Made by a program: the position numbers and the translations under genes
The notes under the pieces: generated by a model
Seen by the model: the letters and a program-made list of their open reading frames with translations, nothing else
What the model was told of the DNA's origin: nothing
The model's database searches: none
DNA from: an uncultured archaeon
Lineage (GTDB): Archaea > Aenigmatarchaeota > Aenigmatarchaeia > CG10238-14 > SCSR01
Direction of reading: 5' to 3'
Assembly: GCA_964400475.1 (NCBI GenBank)
Contig: CAYNTH010000002.1
Location: forward strand, 991 to 64,990
Length of the DNA stretch: 64,000 nt
Part shown: one piece after another, positions 1-10,459 of the stretch
How positions within the stretch are numbered: the first letter of the stretch is position 1
Layout: each line of letters starts with the position of its first letter

Positions 1-51
1 TAATATTTAAAACATGTAGAAACTTTAATTCGCTGGGGATTAGTTATAGTT

Positions 52-477
52 ATGGATTTCAAAAAATTTGGGAATAAGTATATAATACGTATTGATAGGG
101 GCGAAGAGTTGGTATCAGTTTTGGAAAAATTCTGTAAGGACAATGATATCACGTTGGGTACAGTACATGGAATCGGCGCGAGCAATAGGCTGGAAATAGG
201 ACTTTTCGATACAGAGAACAAGGAATATCACTCCAATGAATTTATAGGTGATTTTGAATTGGTTCCTATTTTGGGAAACATAAGTACGATGGATGGAGAG
301 ATTTATTTACATCTACATGCGAACATTGCCGACTCGGAAAACAAATCCTTTGGGGGACATCTAAGTTCAGCAGTGATTAGCGGGACATTCGAGGGTGTTA
401 TAGAGGAAATAGATGGTGAAGTTGACAGGGAATTTAATGATGACTGTGGGTTGAATATATTCAAATTCCAAAAATAG
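52..477 (+). CDS. PPC/DUF296-domain protein (PD1-like putative DNA-binding fold)
   Basis: 141-aa ORF. Blocks GIGASNRLEIG, FELVPILGNIS, GEIYLHLHANIAD and GGHL..GTFEGVIEEI resemble the PPC/DUF296 family as I recall it. No HMM run. Confidence 0.6.
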   Translation: MDFKKFGNKYIIRIDRGEELVSVLEKFCKDNDITLGTVHGIGASNRLEIGLFDTENKEYHSNEFIGDFELVPILGNISTMDGEIYLHLHANIADSENKSFGGHLSSAVISGTFEGVIEEIDGEVDREFNDDCGLNIFKFQK

Positions 478-529
478 AATTAATTTATCGTACGATACCT
501 AATCTTAATTAGGCATTTGAGGTGATTGG

Positions 530-2014
530 ATGAAATTCGAATTTGTTAAGAAAAATAAGAGTAAGAATTGTTTGATGTTCTATTCCAAAGAAGAATGGAA
601 AAAGGAAAAAGGTAAGATAAAGAAGATAGTGGGTGACGACTTTTCGGCCAAGAATACGGTAGGCGATGTTAGCGTTTCGGTCGTATATGGTTTTGGAGAT
701 TTCAAGAGATTGGTCATTGTCGGTTTGGATAATGAGAAAAATGTGGATTTGGAAGTTTTCAGGCGGGCATCGAATTCGTTCGCCTCAAAAGCAAAAGAGA
801 TGAAATTGGACGACGTTCAGGTCGATTTAACCAACGGTTTCAAATTCAAAAGCGATTATATAGAACGTGCTGTTATGGACGGTATAGTTCTTGGGCAGTA
901 TTCTTTCTTGAAATACAAGGAAAAAGAGGCTAAGAAGGAAGTTAATATTAAGAAGATATTTTTCAAATCCGATTCTTCCAAGGAGAAAGAAGTTGAACTA
1001 CGAAAAGCGGTTAAAGTGTTGGATAATGTTTTGATGGTCAGGGATTTGGTTAATGAGACGAGTGACAAGATTAGTCCTGTCGGTTTTGAAAAAATTGCAA
1101 AAAAAGTTGCCAAAAAAACTAAATTGAAAATTAAGGTACTTGATGAAAAGGAAATCAAGAAGAACAATATGGGCCTCATTACGGCAGTTAGCCGAGGATC
1201 GGATGTGCCTCCCAGACTAATCATATTGGAACATATTAATGGTAAGAAAAAAGACCCATTGGTAGCATTGGTCGGCAAGGGGATAACCTTTGATTCGGGT
1301 GGGTTAAACTTGAAACCTAGTGGAAATATAGAGACAATGAGAATGGATATGGCTGGTGCAGCTACAGTTCTTGGTATAATGAAAAGTATTTCCGAATTGG
1401 ATATTAAAAAGAATGTCGTTGGTGTTATGCCGCTAGCGGAAAATTCAGTGGACTCTAAATCTTATAAACCCGGCGATATATTCAAAGCATACGATGGTAC
1501 CACCGTTGAGATCAAAAATACTGATGCTGAGGGCAGGTTGATATTGGCAGATGCTTGCGCATATACTGTCAAGAAATACAAGCCAGATTTCATGATAGAT
1601 TTTGCGACTCTTACAGGAGCGTGTCTTGTATGTCTAGGTGAAATGGCTGCTGCAATAATAAGCAATGATGATATGGCGGATAAACTACAGGAATTTTCTC
1701 ACAATCCTGTAATTTATGAGAGAACCTGGAGATTGCCTGTTTATGATGAAGCCAAAGAATCGTTGAAAAGTAAGATAGCTGATATAAAGAATTTGGGATT
1801 TGACAAGGGATATGCTGGTACAATAACAGGTGGATTGTTCATAGGTCATTTTGTTAAAAACACGCCTTGGATACATCTAGATATAGCAGGTACAGGTATG
1901 TATGATGAGACTAAACATTACATGCGTAAAGGTGGTACAGGATTTGGTGTGAGATTGATAGTAGATTTCTTGAACAACGCAAAGTTTGAAAAATACGAAA
2001 AAACTAAGAAATAG
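530..2014 (+). CDS. pepA: Leucyl aminopeptidase, M17 family
   Basis: 494 aa. Has the M17 signature NTDAEGRLILADA and the VGKGITFDSGG block. GAGGTGAT Shine-Dalgarno lies just upstream of the ATG. Confidence 0.9.
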   Translation: MKFEFVKKNKSKNCLMFYSKEEWKKEKGKIKKIVGDDFSAKNTVGDVSVSVVYGFGDFKRLVIVGLDNEKNVDLEVFRRASNSFASKAKEMKLDDVQVDLTNGFKFKSDYIERAVMDGIVLGQYSFLKYKEKEAKKEVNIKKIFFKSDSSKEKEVELRKAVKVLDNVLMVRDLVNETSDKISPVGFEKIAKKVAKKTKLKIKVLDEKEIKKNNMGLITAVSRGSDVPPRLIILEHINGKKKDPLVALVGKGITFDSGGLNLKPSGNIETMRMDMAGAATVLGIMKSISELDIKKNVVGVMPLAENSVDSKSYKPGDIFKAYDGTTVEIKNTDAEGRLILADACAYTVKKYKPDFMIDFATLTGACLVCLGEMAAAIISNDDMADKLQEFSHNPVIYERTWRLPVYDEAKESLKSKIADIKNLGFDKGYAGTITGGLFIGHFVKNTPWIHLDIAGTGMYDETKHYMRKGGTGFGVRLIVDFLNNAKFEKYEKTKK

Positions 2015-2025
2015 TTAGGATATTT

Positions 2026-3732
2026 ATGGAAAGTGAAATCTTAGAATTGTTGAAAGGGATAGGCATAGATGACGCTATTCTTGAAGAACCACCGAACTCG
2101 GAGTTCGGTGATATAGCTTTGCCGTGTTTTTCCTTTGCAAAAGTCGAGAAAAAAAGTCCGAATGAAGTGGCTAATGATATACACAATAAAATTGAAAAGC
2201 ACCTTCCGAAGGGTGTGATAGATAGATCAGAAGTCAACGGCGGATATGTTAATTTTTTCATAGATTGGTCTAAGGCATCTTCTCGGATAGTAAATAGGAT
2301 TTTGAAAGAAGGTAACGACTATGGAAAATCGACTGATATTGACAAGCAAAAAATCATGGTAGAATATTCACAACCAAACCCAGCCAAGGCAATGCATATA
2401 GGTCATGCTAGAGGAACTTTTCTGGGGGACGCGTTGTGCAATATATTCGAATTTTTAGGTCATAATGTGATACGTGCCAATTATATGAATGATTGTGGGC
2501 TGCAGGTTGCTAAATTGGTAACGGCTATCAATCTCTGGGCGAATGATGAGAAACCCAAAGGGAAGAAAGATAAATGGCTTTGGAAATATTATGTGAAATA
2601 TCACGAAGAAGCCGAGAAAGATCCATCAATAGAAGATAAAGCCAGGGAGATGCTCAGGTTAATAGATGTTGAAAAGGACAAGGAAATGATCGAACTCAGG
2701 GATAAGATTGTTAATTGGTGTATAGAAGGATTCGAGGAAACTTACGAAAAGGTAGGTGTGGATTTCGATATGTATCTACACGAAAGTGATTTTAGGGAGA
2801 AAGGTAAGGAGATTGTCAATAAGGCAATGGATAAGAAAATAAATGGAAAACCACTCGCATTTGAAAGTGATGAAGGGACCATTGTAGCGGACTTAGAAGA
2901 TTATGGTTTGCCTGGGCTCGTTATACTCAGATCTGATGGTACAGGATTGTACCAGACAAGTGATTTGGGTATGACTGTGTATAAATTTGAACACTATAAT
3001 GTTGATAAAGCCATATGGGTTGTGGCATCTGCGCAGGAATTATATTTCAAGCAGATTAAGAAAATGCTCGGACTTTTGGGGTATAATTGGGTTGAGAATG
3101 CGATACATTTTTCATTTGATTTGGTCAGGTTATCAGAGGGTAAAATGTCTTCAAGGAAAGGCATTGCAGTGTTGTTGGACGAAGTCGTAGATAAACTCAC
3201 TGAGATGGCATTGAAGGAAATAAATAAGAGGACGCCGGATGATTCCGAAGAGGATAAAATGAAGATAGCTAAGTCGATAGGTGTAGGCGCACTGAAATAT
3301 TCAATAGAGAAGGTCGAACCCAATAAGGGTATTACATTCGATTTTGAAAAAATGCTGAATTTCGAGGGAAACACTGGGCCATATCTCCAGTATGCGCATA
3401 CAAGATGTTCTTCCATACTTGAAAAGGTCGATGATATCGAAGACATGCCGGAGATTGTTGATTTAGATGATAAGGAGATAGAACTATTGAAGATATTATT
3501 GAAATTTCCTAAAACAGTTAAGCAATCGGCGGATGAAATGAGAATTAACGATATTTGCAACTATGCATTTGAACTGGCAACATGCTTTAATACATTCTAC
3601 AACTCATGTCCCGTTATCACTGCAGACACTGCTGATAAAAGGAAATTTAGAATTTTACTGGTGAATGCGGTCAAGATAACACTTAAAAATTCTCTACAAA
3701 TCTTGGGGATAGATGCTTTGGAGAAAATGTAA
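2026..3732 (+). CDS. argS: Arginyl-tRNA synthetase
   Basis: 568 aa. Class I HIGH block PNPAKAMHIGHARG, a MSSRKG KMSKS-equivalent, and a C-terminal anticodon-binding domain ending in M. Confidence 0.92.
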   Translation: MESEILELLKGIGIDDAILEEPPNSEFGDIALPCFSFAKVEKKSPNEVANDIHNKIEKHLPKGVIDRSEVNGGYVNFFIDWSKASSRIVNRILKEGNDYGKSTDIDKQKIMVEYSQPNPAKAMHIGHARGTFLGDALCNIFEFLGHNVIRANYMNDCGLQVAKLVTAINLWANDEKPKGKKDKWLWKYYVKYHEEAEKDPSIEDKAREMLRLIDVEKDKEMIELRDKIVNWCIEGFEETYEKVGVDFDMYLHESDFREKGKEIVNKAMDKKINGKPLAFESDEGTIVADLEDYGLPGLVILRSDGTGLYQTSDLGMTVYKFEHYNVDKAIWVVASAQELYFKQIKKMLGLLGYNWVENAIHFSFDLVRLSEGKMSSRKGIAVLLDEVVDKLTEMALKEINKRTPDDSEEDKMKIAKSIGVGALKYSIEKVEPNKGITFDFEKMLNFEGNTGPYLQYAHTRCSSILEKVDDIEDMPEIVDLDDKEIELLKILLKFPKTVKQSADEMRINDICNYAFELATCFNTFYNSCPVITADTADKRKFRILLVNAVKITLKNSLQILGIDALEKM

Positions 3733-5070
3733 TTAATATTTTATTTTTGTCAAATTCTCATAGTTTTCCATTAGGATTTCTGCCTTTTTCCCATCCTTTA
3801 TAGCGGGTTTTATCTTATTTTTCGGTATCCTTTTCTTTCCATTGGGCCCCAACAACGTGAATGGTTCTACATTACAATCTACAACCGCATTTGGTGTTGT
3901 CCAGCTCATCGGACCCATCTTCATCCCAGGGTATATTGTTGTACCTATTCCAGTTTTGGTGTGGTCGGCTATAATGACTCCCATCTTATGCGTTGTTGAT
4001 TCTATCACATTATCCTTGATTAGTACTTTTACATTTTTTCTGTCATGTCTTAAATTAGCCGTTATCGTTCCAGCACCCATGTTGCAATTTTCTCCTATTA
4101 TTGTATCTCCTATGTATGACAGATGTGGTACATTAGAATTGTCCATTATTATGGAGTTCTTAATTTCCACAGCATTCCCTATTCTACAATTACGACCGAT
4201 TGATGTGTTCCCTCTGATATAACAATTTGGTCCTATGACTGAATTTTCCCCTATTATAACATTGCCTTCAATATGTACACCCGGTTTGATATCCACATTG
4301 TCTCCAATTATAACTGTTTTTCCATCACTGACTTCTGAATCTATTCTCTTTTTCAATTGCACGGAGTTTGCACTTATCAAGTCCCACGGCATAGAGACAC
4401 CGCACCATCCAGATACCTTTGCTACAAATACCTTACAGGTTTCTACAGTCATTTTCATTATAGCATCGGTTAGTTCGTATTCGCCCCTTTCAGATTTTTC
4501 GATTTTTTCCAGATATTCGAATATTTTTGGGGAGAACGCATAAACACCGGTGTTGACAAGATTGCCTGGAGGGTTGTTCGATTTTTCTATTATATTTTTC
4601 AATATCTTGGATTTATCAGTCACAACGACCCCGTATCTTTCAGGAGTTTTAGATTCCGTTGCTCCTATCACTCCGAGTGCACTTTCTTTTACAAAGGTTT
4701 CCAATACATCTGAGAAAACATCAGAAGAAAATACTTCGTCTCCGTTGACCATCATGAAGTCATCTTTTATCACATCCGAAACGGTTTTCAACGCGTCCCC
4801 GGTTCCGGATAATTCTTTTTGATGTACCAGAGTTATCTTTATGTCAGGATTTCTAAAATTTCGAAAAAAATCGGATAGTTGATATTCTAGATAATTAGTG
4901 ACTACAAATATTTCATCTATCTTTTTATCAGCATATTCTAATTTTGACAGGTCTTCTACGATATATTGGATTATCGGTTTATTCGCCAACGGAATTAGTA
5001 CTTTTGGTTTTGTATATGTTATCGGTCTAAGCCTCGTGCCTTTACCAGCTGCTAATATAACGGCTTTCAT
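3733..5070 (-). CDS. glmU: Bifunctional sugar-1-phosphate nucleotidyltransferase/acetyltransferase (archaeal GlmU-like)
   Basis: N-terminal MKAVILAAGKGTRLRP nucleotidyltransferase motif. C-terminal left-handed beta-helix hexapeptide repeats (IGDNV..IEGNV..IGENS..IGPNC..). The ORF track starts at 5082 (GTG); the ATG at 5070 fits the conserved N-terminus. Confidence 0.8.
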   Translation of the reverse strand: MKAVILAAGKGTRLRPITYTKPKVLIPLANKPIIQYIVEDLSKLEYADKKIDEIFVVTNYLEYQLSDFFRNFRNPDIKITLVHQKELSGTGDALKTVSDVIKDDFMMVNGDEVFSSDVFSDVLETFVKESALGVIGATESKTPERYGVVVTDKSKILKNIIEKSNNPPGNLVNTGVYAFSPKIFEYLEKIEKSERGEYELTDAIMKMTVETCKVFVAKVSGWCGVSMPWDLISANSVQLKKRIDSEVSDGKTVIIGDNVDIKPGVHIEGNVIIGENSVIGPNCYIRGNTSIGRNCRIGNAVEIKNSIIMDNSNVPHLSYIGDTIIGENCNMGAGTITANLRHDRKNVKVLIKDNVIESTTHKMGVIIADHTKTGIGTTIYPGMKMGPMSWTTPNAVVDCNVEPFTLLGPNGKKRIPKNKIKPAIKDGKKAEILMENYENLTKIKY

Positions 5071-5081
5071 AATTAATACCA

Positions 5082-6458
5082 CTATTTCATTGTTTTAATT
5101 CTATCTATCTCTAGTTCCAATTCGTTTAAAAACTCTAGTTTCATTTTTTCCAATGTTTGTTCGTTATCCGCTTCTACGGTCAATCTGATAACAGGACTTG
5201 TGTTGGACGCCCTTATCAATGCCCAGCCATTATCCATATCAATCCTTATACCATCTAACGTGTTTACGTTTTCGAATTTTTTGGATAATTTGTCTTTGAG
5301 ATTTTCAATTACCGTGAACTTCAATTTATCTTCGCATTTAACAGCTTCCCTGGTTTTTGGATAATTTGGAATATTTTTCCCAATTTCAGAAATGGATAGC
5401 TCATTCTCTGATACAATCTCTATTAATTTTAGTGCTGCTACAACAGCATCATCGAATGGGAGATAATCAGGTATAACATAATGTGAGGACGGTTCTCCCC
5501 CAAAGATTGCGCCGTATTTCATGACATTTTGCATCATATATGTGTGTCCTACTGGGATTCTGTGTACATTTACATCATCTCCCAACATCTTCTCTATTGT
5601 CATGGACGCTTCGACATTCACAACTACATCATTTTTCCCATCTTTCTTCATATGTTCGCTTATAATTACCATTACTTTTTCTGATGGTAACACGTTTCCC
5701 ACATTGTCCACGACACCGACTCTATCACCATCTCCATCAAATCCCACACCGATATCCGCATTCTTACTAATAACCGTTTGACTCAATTTTTCCAGATTTT
5801 TTTTCTTGACATCTGCTCCTCTGTCACTGAATGATGGGTCAATCTCGTCGAATATGATTTCAACATCGATATTCTCGAAAGAATTGAATAATTCTTTTGC
5901 TATGACACTGGTGCTACCGTTTCCACAATCAACTATGACTTTTACAGGATTTTCAAAATGGAATTTCTCCATCAGAAATTCGATATAATCCCCGCTTTTG
6001 TCAACTTTCTTCAAACCCCCCAGTTTGCCATCGTATTCGATATAATCCCCCTCGCTTATTATCCTGCCGATTTCCTTGTTGTTTTCTTCAAAAAATCCAA
6101 TGGAATCTTTGTCGAAGAATTTTATACCATTCCATTGAGGAGGATTATGAGACGCGGTTATATATGCTGTAACATCTTTCTTCAGCACCCATCCGCTATA
6201 CAATGTTACTCCGAAAGATGTTGTCCCAACATCCACGACATTTATTCCCATGGACCTCATTCCTTTTATAAAGGATTTTGATAATGATGGACTTGATTTT
6301 CTTATGTCGTTCCCTACAAGCATATCTTTTCCCATGTTTTGTCTTATCATCATCGTCCCTAAGGCCATTCCTATTTTTTCCATGATGTCTTCTGTCAATG
6401 TTTCTCCATAAATACCTCTGATGTCATAAGCGCGAAATATAGAATTATCTAATTTCAT
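5082..6458 (-). CDS. glmM: Phosphoglucosamine mutase / phosphohexomutase
   Basis: 458 aa. Phosphoserine loop TASHNPPQWNGIKF, metal loop GFDGDGDR, sugar-binding GGEPSSH. Sits between glmS and glmU. Confidence 0.82.
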   Translation of the reverse strand: MKLDNSIFRAYDIRGIYGETLTEDIMEKIGMALGTMMIRQNMGKDMLVGNDIRKSSPSLSKSFIKGMRSMGINVVDVGTTSFGVTLYSGWVLKKDVTAYITASHNPPQWNGIKFFDKDSIGFFEENNKEIGRIISEGDYIEYDGKLGGLKKVDKSGDYIEFLMEKFHFENPVKVIVDCGNGSTSVIAKELFNSFENIDVEIIFDEIDPSFSDRGADVKKKNLEKLSQTVISKNADIGVGFDGDGDRVGVVDNVGNVLPSEKVMVIISEHMKKDGKNDVVVNVEASMTIEKMLGDDVNVHRIPVGHTYMMQNVMKYGAIFGGEPSSHYVIPDYLPFDDAVVAALKLIEIVSENELSISEIGKNIPNYPKTREAVKCEDKLKFTVIENLKDKLSKKFENVNTLDGIRIDMDNGWALIRASNTSPVIRLTVEADNEQTLEKMKLEFLNELELEIDRIKTMK

Positions 6459-6462
6459 AATA

Positions 6463-8235
6463 TCACTTTACTGTCACACTCTTCGCAAGATTTCTTGGCT
6501 TATCCGGATCACAGCCTCTCAATATTGCCAGTTGATATGAAAGCACTTGTATGGGTATTATTTGTGTTATTGGGTTTAGTAGTTCAACATCTGGGACCTT
6601 TATGAAGAAGTCGAATACTTCATTATTTTTAGAATTTATTCCTATTATGTATCCACCCCTTGCTTTTATTTCCATGGCGTTCGAGAGTATCTCCTTTTCG
6701 TTTTCATGTGAAGAAAACACAATGCATGGTGTACCTTCCTCGATAAGTGCTATGGTACCATGTTTCAATTCACCCCCACTGAACCCCTCTGCATGTATGT
6801 ATGAAACTTCTTTAATTTTCAGAGCAGCTTCTAATGCTGTTGGGAATTGTAAACTACGTCCGATTGTGAATATGTGATTTTTATCCTTAAGTTTTTCAGC
6901 CAGTTTCTTTATGTATTTCCTAGTGTTTGCAGATGTTAAATTGTATGTTGTGTTCCACAAATACTCCAATTTCTTTTTTCCTTCATCATATTTTCCAGCA
7001 ATTGTATATGCCAAGAGTGATAGAACTGTCAATTGTGCCGTATATGTTTTGGTTGATAGGACACATATCTCCGGTCCCGCATTCAGCATCAATGATTTGT
7101 CCGATGTCCTGTGTAGTGACGAACCTACGACATTTACGACAGACATTATTTTACAACCCCTTTTCCTGGCTGTTTTAACAGCATCCAATACATCAATTGT
7201 CTCCCCGCTCTGTGACACAGCAACTACGAGCGTTTCTGGTGTTAGGAAATGTTCATAATTTGAGAATTCCGAACCCAGTATGACATGGACGTGTTTTTTC
7301 GCTATTTTAGAAAACATATAGCTCGCTGTTAAGCAGGCGTGATACGAACTGCCGCATGCTACGAGGAACACGTCCTTGGAATCCTTTATCTCATCAGCGA
7401 TCTCAAATAGTGTTTTCTTGTCTTGGTTCGTCGCGCGTTTTACAGTCTCGACTTGTTCAGAAATCTCTTTCATCATGAAGTGGTCAAAATTTCCTTTTTG
7501 CGCCTGTTCTAAATCCCAATCAACTCTGTGTATTGGCCGCTCGACTTTTTCCCCGTTTTTCAATAGTTTGAATCCGATATCGTTCTTGTCGATTGTTACG
7601 AAATCCTTGTCATATATGTACATAACACGTTTCGTGTGTTCGAGGAATGCCGGGATATCGCTTGCTATAAAGTTGCCATCATTTCCTACACCAACGACCA
7701 GTGGTGACCCGTTTCTGGCAGCCACGATTTTTTCCTTTCCTTCAATCATGGCAAGGATTGCATAATAACCGTCCAGTCTTTTAATCGTATCCATCGTGGC
7801 ATCTTCGAAAGTCTTCCCCTTTTTCATCTCGAGTTCTATCATATTTGGTATGACTTCTGTGTCAGTTTCGCTAGAGAATTTGAAACCCTCTTTTTCCAAT
7901 TCCTTCTTAAGTTCTTGATAATTCTCAACGATCCCGTTATGTATAACAATTATTTTTTCATTGTTCGATATGTGTGGATGCGCATTTTTCTTTGTAACCC
8001 CGCCGTGAGTCGCCCATCTAGTATGTCCGATACCCGCGTTTCCACTCATGCCCAGAAAATCCAATTTCTCGTTTATTTTGTCAACCCTTCCAACGTCCTT
8101 TTTAATATTTATGTTCTCATTGTTTGAAATGGCTATCCCAGCAGAATCGTATCCCCTGTATTCCAATCTCTTTAGGCCATTCAGAATAACAGGAGCAGCA
8201 TCCTTTTCGCCAACGTATCCAATAATACCACACAT
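6463..8235 (-). CDS. glmS: Glutamine--fructose-6-phosphate aminotransferase
   Basis: N-terminal MCGIIGY (Ntn Cys nucleophile must follow the initiator Met, so the start is trimmed from the track's 8259 to 8235). Two SIS domains. C-terminal PRNLAKSVTV. Confidence 0.93.
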   Translation of the reverse strand: MCGIIGYVGEKDAAPVILNGLKRLEYRGYDSAGIAISNNENINIKKDVGRVDKINEKLDFLGMSGNAGIGHTRWATHGGVTKKNAHPHISNNEKIIVIHNGIVENYQELKKELEKEGFKFSSETDTEVIPNMIELEMKKGKTFEDATMDTIKRLDGYYAILAMIEGKEKIVAARNGSPLVVGVGNDGNFIASDIPAFLEHTKRVMYIYDKDFVTIDKNDIGFKLLKNGEKVERPIHRVDWDLEQAQKGNFDHFMMKEISEQVETVKRATNQDKKTLFEIADEIKDSKDVFLVACGSSYHACLTASYMFSKIAKKHVHVILGSEFSNYEHFLTPETLVVAVSQSGETIDVLDAVKTARKRGCKIMSVVNVVGSSLHRTSDKSLMLNAGPEICVLSTKTYTAQLTVLSLLAYTIAGKYDEGKKKLEYLWNTTYNLTSANTRKYIKKLAEKLKDKNHIFTIGRSLQFPTALEAALKIKEVSYIHAEGFSGGELKHGTIALIEEGTPCIVFSSHENEKEILSNAMEIKARGGYIIGINSKNNEVFDFFIKVPDVELLNPITQIIPIQVLSYQLAILRGCDPDKPRNLAKSVTVK

Positions 8236-8266
8236 ATTATCACTCTGAGCATCCATCAAATGTCAT

Positions 8267-8401
8267 TTACTCGTCTATTAAAGCCTGTTTTCCTTTTATA
8301 AAAGAATAATTACAATCCTTGCATTCATATGAGTTTGGGTAGCTAGTACCTGTAATCTTCACGTATTCTGATTTGCACTTTGGACATACGACGTTCGACA
8401 T
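8267..8401 (-). CDS. Small zinc-ribbon protein (44 aa)
   Basis: CPKC..(17)..CKDC motif. The ATG at 8401 is preceded by AAGGAG at about 8 nt. The track ORF extends to 8506 but the upstream part has no RBS. Lies directly upstream of glmS on the same strand. Confidence 0.5.
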   Translation of the reverse strand: MSNVVCPKCKSEYVKITGTSYPNSYECKDCNYSFIKGKQALIDE

Positions 8402-8653
8402 ATCATTATCTCCTTGGGAAAAAGTGTGAAGGAAGAGCGAAAGTGGCGGCCAAATCTTCAACAGTTCCACTGCGAGGTTTACCCTTTCCTCCCATCCCTC
8501 ACTCATACAATTACGCTCCCGAGCGATATAAAAGAAATCTAAAAAATTTACTATAATATTCTCGGTTTCGGTTCAAAAGAAGGCCTTAAATGGTCCAACC
8601 ATTAAAAATTTATTTATAATAGTATAATTCATTTTGTAATTAAAAGTGGTTGG

Positions 8654-9577
8654 ATGGTATATTTCATAGAAGAAACGAAGAACGGCCAAAGGGCTTACAA
8701 GGCCCTTGAATTGGGTGCAGACAATTTCAGTGTTCTGAATAGTGAATTGGCCAGGGATATATTGAAGGAGCTTTCGGAGAAACCGAGCTGCGCTATGGAT
8801 ATAGCTAGGAAATTGGATGAACATGAACAAAAGATATATTATCATCTCAGGAAGTTGGAAAAGTCTGGTATAATAACACTTGATCGTACGGAAGAGCGGG
8901 TTGGTGCAACCGCCAAAATATATTCAGTACAACATCCATATCTGGCAGTAAAGCTTTTCGACGGCGAACACTTGTCAGATATTAAGACACGTGCGAGGGA
9001 AATAGAATTTTTTAAACCATTCATCAAGAACGGTGATCTGGATGCAACCATAGTTGTTGGCTCACCTGATCCACATGGTAAATATGGTGCACAGGCACTT
9101 GATGCAAGTGTTGGAATAGATCTGGCACTATTCATAGGTACTTTTCTAAACAATGTTGAAACTAATTATAAACTGGATACACAGGTCACGGAAAAAGATT
9201 TGAAGGGCAATCTGATATTGATTGGCGGTCCAAAGGCAAATATAATAATAGACAAGTTCAACAAGGATTTTCCGGTATATTTCGACGTCAAACACAATTT
9301 CAATATAGTTTCCAGTTTCACAAAATCGGTTTATAGCGGTGATGATTTGGGGGTTGTCATAAAGATGAAGAACCCGTTGGATGAAAATGGGGAAAAATAT
9401 GTTATGGTATTGTCCGGTATTAGATTCAAGGGTACTAGGGCCGCTGTTGTGGCATTGATAAAACGCATGAGTGATTTAGAAAATGGGAATAAAGTTAATG
9501 GTGGCATAGCTAGAATAGTTAGAGGTGTCGATAAGGATTCCGATGGTAGGATAGATGATGTCGAGTTTTTGGAATAG
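8654..9577 (+). CDS. Winged-helix (ArsR-like) DNA-binding protein with uncharacterised C-terminal domain
   Basis: 307 aa. N-terminus LARDILKELSEKPSCAMDIARKLDEHEQKIYYHLRKLEKSGII is a typical ArsR/wHTH segment. About 200 aa of unassigned C-terminal domain. Confidence 0.55.
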   Translation: MVYFIEETKNGQRAYKALELGADNFSVLNSELARDILKELSEKPSCAMDIARKLDEHEQKIYYHLRKLEKSGIITLDRTEERVGATAKIYSVQHPYLAVKLFDGEHLSDIKTRAREIEFFKPFIKNGDLDATIVVGSPDPHGKYGAQALDASVGIDLALFIGTFLNNVETNYKLDTQVTEKDLKGNLILIGGPKANIIIDKFNKDFPVYFDVKHNFNIVSSFTKSVYSGDDLGVVIKMKNPLDENGEKYVMVLSGIRFKGTRAAVVALIKRMSDLENGNKVNGGIARIVRGVDKDSDGRIDDVEFLE

Positions 9578-9613
9578 TGGGTTATTTAAAGTTTTTTAGA
9601 TTAGGTATAAGAT

Positions 9614-10456
9614 ATGAAGGATTCAAAAAACGGTAATTATTGGAAAGATGCGTCGCCACCGAGGAAGATAACAGATTCTTCTTTAACATATCTTCAAGAG
9701 GGCTCACAGAAATATGGATCCTTTGACTTATTCACAAAATTAAGGGCGGATTTACTTTATGCTCGATGGGAAGGATTAGAGTTTTTATACGAGGGCGGTA
9801 AGCCAGACATCAGTGAGAAAATGCTGGAGAATTTTATGGATAGAATGGATATCCCTGACACAAAAGATCAAAAACTTGTTGATATTAAAAACGCCTGTTA
9901 CGAAGATAGGGAGATAATTGTCCCTGTTAGAAAAATAAGTGAAATGAGAAAAGGCACGGAATCTGTTTCTCCCGACCAATATTATAATGTGCGGATTTTG
10001 GATATTTGTAAAGAGGACGATACACCTGAGGAGAAAATCCTGACAATTGATCATATTGATATTAATTGTGACTGTATTAGGGATAATTACCAGAAAACGT
10101 GTAGAGCACCGTATATTCAGAGGAAGGCAGTTTTCGATGACAATCGCGATAGGACAAGTATACCCAGCCCTTACGTTGTTCCATTTTGCCCTCACGCATC
10201 AATAGCGATGAATTATTCGAGCATACGGTTAGGTGCTTTTTCAATGGGGCTGTTCGACCTGTCGAAAAACGTTGTCCAGATAGAAAAAGAGGCGATTGAA
10301 AGAATGAAAAAGCTGGGGATGAAAAAATCCTGGCCTATATATAGAATAAACTGGGCATTGCAGGATTATGCACATAGGATGTTTGATCCTCTTATAAAAC
10401 TTACTAAGAGTTCTTCGCCACATGAAGAATTAGAAAAATTATATGGAGAACTTTAA
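9614..10456 (+). CDS. Hypothetical protein with SWIM-like CxC...CxH motif
   Basis: 280-aa ORF with no recognised family. Contains INCDC...(about 40 aa)...FCPH, reminiscent of a SWIM zinc finger but with unusually long spacing. Confidence 0.45.
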   Translation: MKDSKNGNYWKDASPPRKITDSSLTYLQEGSQKYGSFDLFTKLRADLLYARWEGLEFLYEGGKPDISEKMLENFMDRMDIPDTKDQKLVDIKNACYEDREIIVPVRKISEMRKGTESVSPDQYYNVRILDICKEDDTPEEKILTIDHIDINCDCIRDNYQKTCRAPYIQRKAVFDDNRDRTSIPSPYVVPFCPHASIAMNYSSIRLGAFSMGLFDLSKNVVQIEKEAIERMKKLGMKKSWPIYRINWALQDYAHRMFDPLIKLTKSSSPHEELEKLYGEL

Positions 10457-10459
10457 AAT

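Noticed and set aside
6463-8259. Eight extra N-terminal codons (MMDAQSDN) on the glmS ORF
   Set aside because: Class II amidotransferases need Cys as the first residue after the initiator Met. The internal ATG-TGT at 8235 with an upstream GAGTGAT RBS is the real start.
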